Assembly (NCBI GenBank): GCA_038523235.1
Contig: JBCBJQ010000006.1
Span: forward strand, 63,655 to 127,654
DNA length: 64,000 nt
Source: Cyanobacteria bacterium J06626_4
Lineage (GTDB): Bacteria; Cyanobacteriota; Cyanobacteriia; Phormidesmidales; Phormidesmidaceae
Direction: 5' to 3'
Positions 1 through 8,867 of this stretch are shown here, one piece after another; the first letter of the stretch is position 1; the number at the start of each line of letters is the position of its first letter. A program made the translations under genes and the position numbers. A model generated the notes under the pieces. It made no database searches. It was not told where the DNA came from and saw nothing but the letters and a program-made list of their open reading frames with translations.

Positions 1-3000
1 ACCGCCAGCACCAACTCCTAAACCACCCGTGGGGCCGGGTGGCCCCAGCGGAAAGCTCCCCGGTGCCGAGATGCAGGAACTGTCTAACGGTGCACCCGGC
101 GATTGCCCCTGCACCTGCGACCCGCCGCCGAAGAATAGCGGTGGCGAGAGCGGCCTAACCGATGAGAGCTGGAGCCCCGCTGCGGTATTGAGTACGCTAG
201 GCGGCTGCAGCTCATCACAAAGTCGCACTTGGCTCACAGCACTGCCGCCGTTGTTCCAGAAGTAAATGGTGTATTCCACTTCGTCATCGGGCTCAAGGGT
301 AAACCCAGCCGGTAAGACAAACACCCCTGATAGAGAGTTGCCGCCCCCCAGAGCCGAGTTCAGCGCATTGTCATCGATAAACCCAGCTTGGTCGTTAAAT
401 TGAGTGAGCCCAGTAACCGCCACTGGTGCTCCCTGCCGGAAAACATTGCTGATCCGTTTGACCACGACGAGGTTGGGGCCGGTGTTGACAAACAACGTCG
501 TCGGCGTGTTGTTGTTGTTCGGGTTGCCATCGTTGTCAGGGTCAACATTGTTGCCATCTTGAGAGGCATCCGTCACCGGATCACCCCCGCCAAGGGGCGT
601 GCCGCTGGCTTCAGCGACGTTTTGCGCTTCCAAGATGCCGTCATTGAGACCGTTAACCGATGGCCCTGCCCCCGTTGCGCCCAAGTCAGCCTGCACCGTC
701 ACGACGACTGTGGCTGATTCTCCTGGGGCAAATTGATTCGCACTGGTGGCATCAAATAGCGTTGTGACCGATACCCCGTTGTAGGTAGGATTAGCGACCG
801 GTGCGATGGTGGGTGTTCCCGCCGGGAAGCTGACCGCCACATTTTGGACGGTAAAACTATCGGCGCGGTTGAAGGCGTTCGTAATCAACGCTGCCTGCAA
901 ATCTTCCGTGAGTTGTACGTTGTCTAAAGTGATGGTACCAGTATTGACGACAGTGATGGTGTAAGCAAACTCATAGGTCGTCCCCCCAATCAGCGTGGCT
1001 GGACTGACTGATTTAGACACGCCAATACTGGGAATGCGAATGCGATTCGGCACATTGTTGTTCGTCGGGTCGCCATCGTTGTCGGGGTCAACATCACTAC
1101 CGGCTTGAGACACATCCGTCACCGTACCGCCGCCCGGGGGTGACCCTGTAGCGGTGGCACTGTTGTCAATGTCAACACTGTTATCAGAGGAGAGATCTAA
1201 GCGGGTCGTAATCGTGATGGTGGCAGTGTCACCGGGATTGAAGTTGCTACCGGTGCTAAAGAGGCCAACATCCGTATTGCCGTTGTAGGCCCCGTTGAAG
1301 GTCGGGGCCGTGCCAGAGCCGGTAAAGGTGATCGGGTTAGTCAGGGTGACGCTGACGATGGCATCGGCCCCATCGCTGGGGGCACCATTGACGGTGGGAT
1401 TGTCAACAAAGACCTCTTGCAGATCTTCGGCAATTTGCACGTTGGCCAGGGGCGTGTTGCCGGTGTTTCTCACCACAAAGGTGAGATCGACATCAAACAA
1501 GCCGGGCGAGCCGGCCACAGGCCGCAGTGCTGAGTTGGTTTTAGCCAGGCCAATGCTGGGGGCTGGAATCAAGGTGCGCTTGACGACGGACTGCGGCGTC
1601 GGGGTCGCAACTGCCCCCGGTACACCATTAGCTACCGCCTGCTGTCGCACCCGAGCATCCATAAACGAGGTGCCGGTGATGGTGGTGACATCGACCGACG
1701 GAGCTCCGGCTTGGGGGGTGACGCACAAAAAGAAGGTGACCGATTGCCCAGGTTCTAAAATGCCCGTATCGACAGCACCATCACCATCGCTATCGGTCAG
1801 GGGATTGCCGTTGACATCTCTCAGCTGCGCCACTACGTTAGCGGCAGTACCAGTAGCAGCGAGGTTAACGATGTCGGTGGTGAAAAAGTTGTTGGTCACC
1901 GTGAAGGGGTGACAGACCTCGCTGCCAATGGTGGTGGTCAACGTCGTGTCTTGCGTAATTGTGAAGTTACCGGCTTGAACGGGTTGCTGATCAAATAGCG
2001 GGAGTGGGCCATCTTCGCTGTTGGCTTCAACAATGGTTTGATTATTATCCGTAAAATTGTCAATGTTGTAAGTCCATAAACCGGCATCGGCTGTTCCAGT
2101 CTGATCAACATCGACTACGTCGGCCCCGACGTTGAGGTTGCCCCCTCCATTCCAAACCCCGTTGGCACTAGCAGTGCCGGGGCTTACTGCGCCAGTCGGC
2201 GCTTCGTAGGAAACAGTGCCGCCACCATCAAGGTCAAAATTACGCAGAAATAGCTGATCAGTCGCTGGCCCAACCAAGAAAAACAGCTCTAAATTGATAT
2301 CCATTCCTTCGTTCTGTTGCAGAGAGCCGATTTGCTGACCAATCAAGAGGTTGTCAATAGGAACAGAAATACGAAATGAATTGTCGTCATTATTGGTTTC
2401 AAAAGTCGTATCAGTGCGACCAGACAGATAAAAGCTGCCCGTTTCGCTTCTTACCTGATAATTGCCTGGGGCATTAATCGCCGGAAAACTAAACGTAGAC
2501 CCTGGCGTTGTCGCAATTGTGCCTGGGCCATTATTAAACTCCTGAGATTGAATGAGTATTCCATTCGGGTCAAATAAGGTAAAACGAGTTGGATCCGTAG
2601 TGTCATTGATCTCATCAGTAGCCGGATTATCCGATCCCGGATCTTGGATGCTAATCACGATTGGGCCATTAGCCAGGTCGGCCTCTGTGATACTAATAAA
2701 AAAAGTATGAAATCCAGGCGCACCCACCGTATCTGCGGTACCCCCCAAAGCCGTTCCACATGACCCGGTGGCATTATTTCCGGCACCGAGGGTCGTATAC
2801 CAGTCACCAATGTTGGCACAACGACGGGCACCACTCGTTTGAAATCTCAGATCCAGAGCAGGATCAGGCAAAACAGTATTTTGAGCATTGGCTGGAGCGC
2901 CTGACAGGATGGCTAAAAAGATTGTCAATGCGCCGAGTTCACGTTTGCCCAAGCGATCAGAGGCAAGCGATTTCACGCTTTGCGGAAGTCGATCATTGCA

Positions 3001-3033
3001 AGTCAGCAGCAAGTTACGCATCAGGGCAAACAT
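1..3033 (-). CDS. Large secreted Ig-like/DUF11-type repeat surface protein, >1011 aa, truncated at window start (not in ORF track)
   Basis: Hand translation: ATG at 3033 (alternative 3021) and no stop down to position 1. Signal-like segment LGALTIFLAILSGAPANA-Q. Repeats PSIGLAKT..FVVRNTGNTPLANVQIAED and PSIGVSKS..YTITVVNTGTITLDNVQLTED. Distal PNLVVVKRI..PDDEVEYTIYFWNNGG..VRLCD module. Confidence 0.88.
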   Translation of the reverse strand, partial: MFALMRNLLLTCNDRLPQSVKSLASDRLGKRELGALTIFLAILSGAPANAQNTVLPDPALDLRFQTSGARRCANIGDWYTTLGAGNNATGSCGTALGGTADTVGAPGFHTFFISITEADLANGPIVISIQDPGSDNPATDEINDTTDPTRFTLFDPNGILIQSQEFNNGPGTIATTPGSTFSFPAINAPGNYQVRSETGSFYLSGRTDTTFETNNDDNSFRISVPIDNLLIGQQIGSLQQNEGMDINLELFFLVGPATDQLFLRNFDLDGGGTVSYEAPTGAVSPGTASANGVWNGGGNLNVGADVVDVDQTGTADAGLWTYNIDNFTDNNQTIVEANSEDGPLPLFDQQPVQAGNFTITQDTTLTTTIGSEVCHPFTVTNNFFTTDIVNLAATGTAANVVAQLRDVNGNPLTDSDGDGAVDTGILEPGQSVTFFLCVTPQAGAPSVDVTTITGTSFMDARVRQQAVANGVPGAVATPTPQSVVKRTLIPAPSIGLAKTNSALRPVAGSPGLFDVDLTFVVRNTGNTPLANVQIAEDLQEVFVDNPTVNGAPSDGADAIVSVTLTNPITFTGSGTAPTFNGAYNGNTDVGLFSTGSNFNPGDTATITITTRLDLSSDNSVDIDNSATATGSPPGGGTVTDVSQAGSDVDPDNDGDPTNNNVPNRIRIPSIGVSKSVSPATLIGGTTYEFAYTITVVNTGTITLDNVQLTEDLQAALITNAFNRADSFTVQNVAVSFPAGTPTIAPVANPTYNGVSVTTLFDATSANQFAPGESATVVVTVQADLGATGAGPSVNGLNDGILEAQNVAEASGTPLGGGDPVTDASQDGNNVDPDNDGNPNNNNTPTTLFVNTGPNLVVVKRISNVFRQGAPVAVTGLTQFNDQAGFIDDNALNSALGGGNSLSGVFVLPAGFTLEPDDEVEYTIYFWNNGGSAVSQVRLCDELQPPSVLNTAAGLQLSSVRPLSPPLFFGGGSQVQGQSPGAPLDSSCISAPGSFPLGPPGPTGGLGVGAGG

Positions 3034-3093
3034 TGGCAAAGTTTTAAAACTCGTGGATTAAGACAACAATCAAGTGACAGAAATGAGCCAGGA

Positions 3094-5151
3094 TTACTCG
3101 ATTTGCAGATCGGTTTCGACAGCTTCAAAGATGATCTCGACGCCTTGGGTATCGCTAAACTCAAACTCAACGCGGCGATCGCGGGCGTAATCTAACCGGG
3201 TGCTGCCGGTGGTGCGGCGCTGAGTTTCCCCCAAGGGGGTAATGCGCATGCGCTCGGGGGCGACGCCCTGTCGCACCAAATAGTCGCGAGCTGCCAAGGC
3301 GCGGCGCTCACTCAGGGCCTGGTTGTAGGCGTCACTGGCGCGGGGGTCGGTGTGGCCCCGCAGCTCGACCACGAGCGAGGGGTAGGTGATCATCGCCGCC
3401 GCGATTTGGTCGAGAATCTCGGCACTGGCCGCACTGATATTCGACTGATCGAGGGCAAAGTGCACGTTGCGCGGTACTCGCAAGCGAATCGGCTCAGGCG
3501 GTGGCTCTGGTGGTGGCGGCTCCACGGCCACCGGCGGAAAGCAGGTGGCATCGTAGGGAGCAGGCGTGGCTGAGGGGGCGGGTACTTGGCCATCAGCCCC
3601 AACCACGCTAATTACCGGTGAGGGTTCGGAGGTGCCATAGAGCGGATCGGAGGCGATCGCGCTGACCCAATCACTCGCCCCAGTTTCCCAGGTAAAGGCA
3701 AAGTTGCCTTCATCATCAGCGGTGGTCGTCATCAGCGGTTCGCTGAGGGGACTGTAGACACCGGTATGATCTTTGACGCGATACAGATCGACGCTGCTGC
3801 CGGGGTCGGCAGAGCCGGTAAGGGTTAAGGAACCGCCCTCGTCAGTAAAGGTATAGGTCGTGAATTCAGGTGCATTAATTGCCCCATTGGCCGTATCGGT
3901 GCGGCGATGGTGGGAGTTTCGCGGCGGGTTGGGGCCATCGGCTCGTTGAAAGTTAACGACGGTATCGCGGCGGGCGGCCAGGTCAATACTGAGGCCGTCG
4001 AGCTGCGTAAACTCGTTGTCGCGAATCAGGTTGCGATCGCTGAGGGGATAGGCCGCGACTGCGACCCCCGCGCCCGGCTGATAGCCGATCGTGTTGCCCA
4101 GCAGCTGATGCCCGCGCCCCATGACATACACGGCAGGCCGCTCAAAGCGACGACCGTTAAAGATCACCTCATTGTCTTGAATGACGGTGCTGCCCTCAGG
4201 CTTAAAGAGAAAGATGCCACTGCCGTCGTTGGCACAGACCAGATTATTGGTGATGGCAGCACCCTCTAAATCCCCTTCTAACCGCACGCCATCCGGCATG
4301 CCCGCGACGCCGTTGGCAATAATCGCATTGCCGGTGAGCTGCAGTCCAGCCGCCCGAAACCCGGTGAGCACGCCGCTGCCCTCATGGTGCTGAATGAAAT
4401 TATCGGCCACCCGCACGTCAACCCCGTTGAACACGACGACGCCAAAGGCCGATCGCTGATCGGGAATCGACTCATCGGGGCGGAACCCCAACCAGTTTTT
4501 CTCAATCACGGCTTGTTGGGTGGCCTGGGTGGGGTCATCGAGGACAAAGGTCTCAACCGCCGGGGCATCGGGGCTGGAATCGGCTGGCGGCGGCGCATTG
4601 GCGATAAAAATATCGGCGGCGGGAGTGGTCAAGGTCGCCCGCGCCGCTGACCAAAAGCCGTAGAGGTTGAGGCCACGCACGGTGATGTTATCGCCGGCCA
4701 CGGTAAGCCCGCGAAATACTTCGCTGCCGGGGGCGGGAGTGAGACTCACCACCGGTCGCGGAATCTCGGGCAGATAGGGCAGCGCTTCGCCATAGCCTGG
4801 TTGCGTGGTGCCGTCGATGGTTAAACCGGTGGCCACCAAGGGCGGCAGCAAACCAGTGAGCACAATAGTGGTGTCATCAGCGGGCAGATCAAAGGCAATA
4901 CGGCTCTCGGCTGCTGGTGTGACTTGGGCCTGCTCCAGTGCTGAGAGCGCAGTGACGGGCAGAGTGCCGTTGGCGATCGCGATCGCCTCACGCAGGGTCA
5001 GCGCATCATCGGCGATCGGCGCGCCGTCAGCGGCACTATTGACGGTAATGTCAAAGCCCGTTGGGGGCGGGGTTGAGTCTTGCGCTTGGGTGGCCAGCGC
5101 CACCAGACTCAGACTCGGGCTCAGAGCAAGAACGGTCCACAGGGTTTTCAT
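3094..5151 (-). CDS. OmpA-family protein with N-terminal CSLREA-like motif, right-handed beta-helix, Pro linker and C-terminal peptidoglycan-binding OmpA domain
   Basis: ITVNSAADG..LTLREAIAIANG; parallel beta-helix-like repeats (GNAIIANG, NNLVCANDGSGI); PPPPEPPPEP linker; VHFALD..GHTDPRASDAYNQALSERRA..DRRVEF. Confidence 0.9.
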   Translation of the reverse strand: MKTLWTVLALSPSLSLVALATQAQDSTPPPTGFDITVNSAADGAPIADDALTLREAIAIANGTLPVTALSALEQAQVTPAAESRIAFDLPADDTTIVLTGLLPPLVATGLTIDGTTQPGYGEALPYLPEIPRPVVSLTPAPGSEVFRGLTVAGDNITVRGLNLYGFWSAARATLTTPAADIFIANAPPPADSSPDAPAVETFVLDDPTQATQQAVIEKNWLGFRPDESIPDQRSAFGVVVFNGVDVRVADNFIQHHEGSGVLTGFRAAGLQLTGNAIIANGVAGMPDGVRLEGDLEGAAITNNLVCANDGSGIFLFKPEGSTVIQDNEVIFNGRRFERPAVYVMGRGHQLLGNTIGYQPGAGVAVAAYPLSDRNLIRDNEFTQLDGLSIDLAARRDTVVNFQRADGPNPPRNSHHRRTDTANGAINAPEFTTYTFTDEGGSLTLTGSADPGSSVDLYRVKDHTGVYSPLSEPLMTTTADDEGNFAFTWETGASDWVSAIASDPLYGTSEPSPVISVVGADGQVPAPSATPAPYDATCFPPVAVEPPPPEPPPEPIRLRVPRNVHFALDQSNISAASAEILDQIAAAMITYPSLVVELRGHTDPRASDAYNQALSERRALAARDYLVRQGVAPERMRITPLGETQRRTTGSTRLDYARDRRVEFEFSDTQGVEIIFEAVETDLQIE

Positions 5152-8100
5152 TAGATATCTCCAGCGCTCGGTGCATCGGTGACATCAGCGGGGGATGCCG
5201 TCAAGTCATCAGCCGGCGAGGCGTCAGTCGGCGGCTCGTCCGCCGCTGACTCAGTCGTCGTTTGGTCAGTTATCGTCGAATCATCAGCCGTTGTTTGGTC
5301 AACCGTGTCATCGTCAGCGGCCGTCCCTGCTTCGGGGGCTAATCCTGCTGTCGGGGTGGCCTCATCTCCCGGCGTGGTGGCCGTATCGACATAGGATTCT
5401 TCTTGCTGAGCGGGGCTGACCGGCTGCTGCAGGCCAAAGTCATTCAGCAGCTCATTCACCTTGAGCTGAATGCCCAGATAGGGGCCGCTGGCTGAGCGAT
5501 AACCGCCACCAAAGCCGTCATTGTCAACGCTGCCAAAGCTGTAGCCCACCCCGACCCGCAGGTCAGGCGTCAAATAGTAGCCCAGCTCCAGGGAGGTGCC
5601 GACTTCATTGAAACTGGCTTCTGGCTGGGTGATATAGCGTACCTCGCCCAAAATATCCCAGCGATAGGCAAACTGATAGGCAGTGCGGAACTGCATCAGG
5701 TGAATCGAGTTCGAGAACCCGAAATCTTCCGCCAGCGTCGCATCGCTAATCCGAAAGGCGTATTTGCCGTAAAACTCCCACTGCCAGTTGGGCGCATAAA
5801 TCGCTTCCAAAGCGAGGGTGTGATCCGAGGAGCTAATGCCGCTATCAATCAGCAGCGTATCGGGCGTCGTCGATGGGTTACGCCGGTATTCGTAGCTCAT
5901 CAGCGCGTTCCACTGGTCGCTGATCGGGTTGCGATAGGCCATGCCCAGCTTCAAGTCGATCGAGTTGCCCAGATTGCCGGTAATTCGCTGGTTCGCAAAG
6001 TTAGCCTGCTGATAGCGAAACAGCGTGGTCAGGGAATTCGTGATCTTGCCGGCCGCTGCCGCCGTGAGGACAGTGTTGCTGCCCACCGATGAGTTCCGAT
6101 GCTCAATCCGCGCACTGGCTTGAAAGTCAGGATTCGCCGTATATTCCAAGCCGACGGAGTAGGAGGTGCCGCCGATAATGCCCAGGGCGCTGGCTCCTGC
6201 CCCGACAGCAAAGGGCTGTTCAAACTGATCACCCGCTCCCGTTTCATTGAAGGAATCGTCAATCACGTGCTCAATGCCCACGGTGGCTCGCAAGCCGGGG
6301 GCCAACACAATGCGGTGATTCAGCCCCAGAGCGGCCTGACCAATTAACCCGCCGTAGCCGCCAATGAGAGAGTAGCGACTGCGCAGCGAGGTGTTTTCGC
6401 CCAATTCATAATCCACCAGGGTGTCCAGACTGGTGATGTTGCGCAGTTCGTCGCCGCCGATAAACTGCTGCGACAGGCGCATGGTGACGCCTGGCTGCAC
6501 GGCCCAGTCCAGCGCTAGGGTAGTGCGATCGGGATACAGGGTGTCACTATCACCGCCCACATTGATTTCGCTCTGGGCGCGGAAGCTGAGGTCAGGCGAG
6601 ATGGGAATCGCCAGCTGCGGCACAAACTGCTGAGAGTTGGTCGTTTCATTGTCGAGGCGATCGCGGCGGTTGCGGCTGACATAATCAAGCCCAATATTCA
6701 CAGTGCCGATTTCCTGCCAGACACCGGCGCGATAGGTGGTTAGGGTATTGTCTACCCGCTCACCTGGCTCCGAAAACTGGCCCGGATTAAAGAGGTCTAC
6801 CGCGTCCGTCGTCACCTCCGGCGCACGGCCGCGATTAATCTCTTGATCAAACTGGGCGTTAAGGCGGGTCGTCGGCCCAACTTGGGCATTGACCCCAGCC
6901 CCCCAACGCGTTTGACCGGGGCGAAAGCTCGTCGTCGCCGTGTTGGCAAACCCACTATCGGCGCTGCGCAGATAGGCGCGCCCCTGCACGGTGGGCGCAA
7001 ACAACGCCCCTTGAGCTTCTAAGCGATAGGCACTGCCGTCAGCGGATTCACCAAACCGATCAAAGGAGGACCGGGCATATTCTCCGGTGAAGTAGCCGGT
7101 GTCGCCGAGGGGAATCTGCAGGTCGGCGCCGTACAGCGAGAAGTCTTGGTCACCCTGATCTTCCGATAGCCAGGTGACGCCGGCCCAACCGCCGAGGGTA
7201 GGTTGGCCGGCTTTAAAGTTGTACTGCAGCCGCCCCGCATAGAGATTGCCATTGCCGCCCCCATCATCCACCTCGTAAGTGGCGACAATCCGACGCACCA
7301 GGGTTTTACCGAGGGGGTCAACCGACGTGCGATAAATGGGCTGACGAAACAGCAGCGTGCCGCGATCGTAATCAATCTCGTAGTCGCTAACCCGATTTAA
7401 AGCTTGTCGCTCAATTACCGTGCCAGGACGATTGATTTCTTCGGTCTCGATAAAGACGTTTTCACTACCGGGCAGGATGACCCGCCGCGAGAGGAAATAG
7501 AAGCCACTGGTGCCATCAGGGGCGATCGTATCGCGCTGAAAGGGCCGCAGATTGTTGGCATACATCGCCGTCAGCTGCAGATTGCCCAGCGTGTAGTTGC
7601 CCTTAAAGCCGTGAAGCTGACGCGTGATCGCCGTAAACTCTTGGGACGATCGCGCAAACTCCGAAGTTTCGTAATCGCCCCACATGAAGTAATCGACCTC
7701 GCCGCCGGGCACCAGCGCATCGCGCTGAAACCGCACAAAGAAGCTATCGATTGAGGGCGTTAGATAATCAACCTGAGAACTATCGCCGTAGACCGGGTAG
7801 GTATTTTCGCAAAACTGATCATCGCGAAACAGGCGGTTGCCATCACAGGTTTCATTCAGGGCGCGGCGGGTATTGAGGGCACCGGTAAACTGCCAATCGC
7901 CCAAAGTGCCGGTCGCAAATAGCGCCGCCCCCAAGTCAAACTCCGTGTCGCCAATGTCGTCAGGGTTGAGAAAGTCCTCAAAGCTGCCCCAAAAGTTGGT
8001 GCCGCCTGGCCCAATGCGCAGATCAACAACGCCGGAAACCAATGAAGGCCGCAGGTTAGTGACAAACTCAACCTGGGTGAAAGTTTCGAAATCAGGGAGC

Positions 8101-8867
8101 GGCTCCAAGGCGATGGGTTCGTCTTCCCCCAGCACAGCAGCGGCGGGCGCAGCAGCCCGAACGCGCACCTGCTGTGCCTCAAGGGTGGACTGCAACACCG
8201 CCTCAAACTGACCTTGGCGAGCCAAAACTTGGAACCCGGCGTTGTCGGTATCGTAGTCAGCCCCCTGAAATTCACCAGCACCGGTGGTTAGCGTCACCAC
8301 CACATCGCGGGGGATGGGGGTCCCGGCAGCATCAACGATGCGCCCCTCAAATCGCACCGTCGATCGCTGGTTGGCGGGGATGACGGGACTGGTAAGCGCA
8401 GTGAGTTCAATCGTAAATTCCGGCTCGGTGGCCGCTGGGTCCGCCGCATTAGGCGGGATCGGGGGCACCGGAGTGGGGTTGGACTGAGCCGTTAGCGGCC
8501 CGTCTGCCGCCTCTGCTCTCGTTTCGGCAGCGAGCGCCAGATCGGCGAGCGTGACCGGTCGCAAGTTGCCGGTCAACGCCGGAGAGGGGGCATCAGCCAC
8601 CGGCAACGGCGAACTATCGGCGGTCAGCAGGGATGAAGCCCCCACGGCTGACTCAGACATGGCATCGGGGGTTGAAGCCAGTGCCCGAGGGATTGTCTCG
8701 GCGGCCTCAGGAGCTGTGGTTGATTTGGGCTCCGCCTTACGCCTCGGACGAGTCGCGGCATCAGTAGGACCTTCGTCAGTCGATTGGGCGTTCGCGACGC
8801 CCAACATATCCGTGGCGATCGCGCTGATCATTAGCCAGCCAATCATGGCAATGAGGGTTTTCATCAC
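5151..8867 (-). CDS. Large putative outer-membrane beta-barrel protein with N-terminal periplasmic/Ig-like region and acidic low-complexity tail
   Basis: Signal peptide (ANA-Q); YPVYGDSS and DYEIDYDRGTLLF motifs; several hundred residues of alternating amphipathic strands (e.g. LGYYLTPDLRVGVGYSFG, GPYLGIQLKV); D/T/A/P-rich C-terminus. Confidence 0.78.
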   Translation of the reverse strand: MMKTLIAMIGWLMISAIATDMLGVANAQSTDEGPTDAATRPRRKAEPKSTTAPEAAETIPRALASTPDAMSESAVGASSLLTADSSPLPVADAPSPALTGNLRPVTLADLALAAETRAEAADGPLTAQSNPTPVPPIPPNAADPAATEPEFTIELTALTSPVIPANQRSTVRFEGRIVDAAGTPIPRDVVVTLTTGAGEFQGADYDTDNAGFQVLARQGQFEAVLQSTLEAQQVRVRAAAPAAAVLGEDEPIALEPLPDFETFTQVEFVTNLRPSLVSGVVDLRIGPGGTNFWGSFEDFLNPDDIGDTEFDLGAALFATGTLGDWQFTGALNTRRALNETCDGNRLFRDDQFCENTYPVYGDSSQVDYLTPSIDSFFVRFQRDALVPGGEVDYFMWGDYETSEFARSSQEFTAITRQLHGFKGNYTLGNLQLTAMYANNLRPFQRDTIAPDGTSGFYFLSRRVILPGSENVFIETEEINRPGTVIERQALNRVSDYEIDYDRGTLLFRQPIYRTSVDPLGKTLVRRIVATYEVDDGGGNGNLYAGRLQYNFKAGQPTLGGWAGVTWLSEDQGDQDFSLYGADLQIPLGDTGYFTGEYARSSFDRFGESADGSAYRLEAQGALFAPTVQGRAYLRSADSGFANTATTSFRPGQTRWGAGVNAQVGPTTRLNAQFDQEINRGRAPEVTTDAVDLFNPGQFSEPGERVDNTLTTYRAGVWQEIGTVNIGLDYVSRNRRDRLDNETTNSQQFVPQLAIPISPDLSFRAQSEINVGGDSDTLYPDRTTLALDWAVQPGVTMRLSQQFIGGDELRNITSLDTLVDYELGENTSLRSRYSLIGGYGGLIGQAALGLNHRIVLAPGLRATVGIEHVIDDSFNETGAGDQFEQPFAVGAGASALGIIGGTSYSVGLEYTANPDFQASARIEHRNSSVGSNTVLTAAAAGKITNSLTTLFRYQQANFANQRITGNLGNSIDLKLGMAYRNPISDQWNALMSYEYRRNPSTTPDTLLIDSGISSSDHTLALEAIYAPNWQWEFYGKYAFRISDATLAEDFGFSNSIHLMQFRTAYQFAYRWDILGEVRYITQPEASFNEVGTSLELGYYLTPDLRVGVGYSFGSVDNDGFGGGYRSASGPYLGIQLKVNELLNDFGLQQPVSPAQQEESYVDTATTPGDEATPTAGLAPEAGTAADDDTVDQTTADDSTITDQTTTESAADEPPTDASPADDLTASPADVTDAPSAGDI

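Noticed and set aside
29..3047. Short ORFs in the track (29-265, 360-569, 388-717, 1295-1912, 2760-3047)
   Set aside because: They are shadows of the long minus-strand frame 3033 to <1, which has coherent domain motifs.
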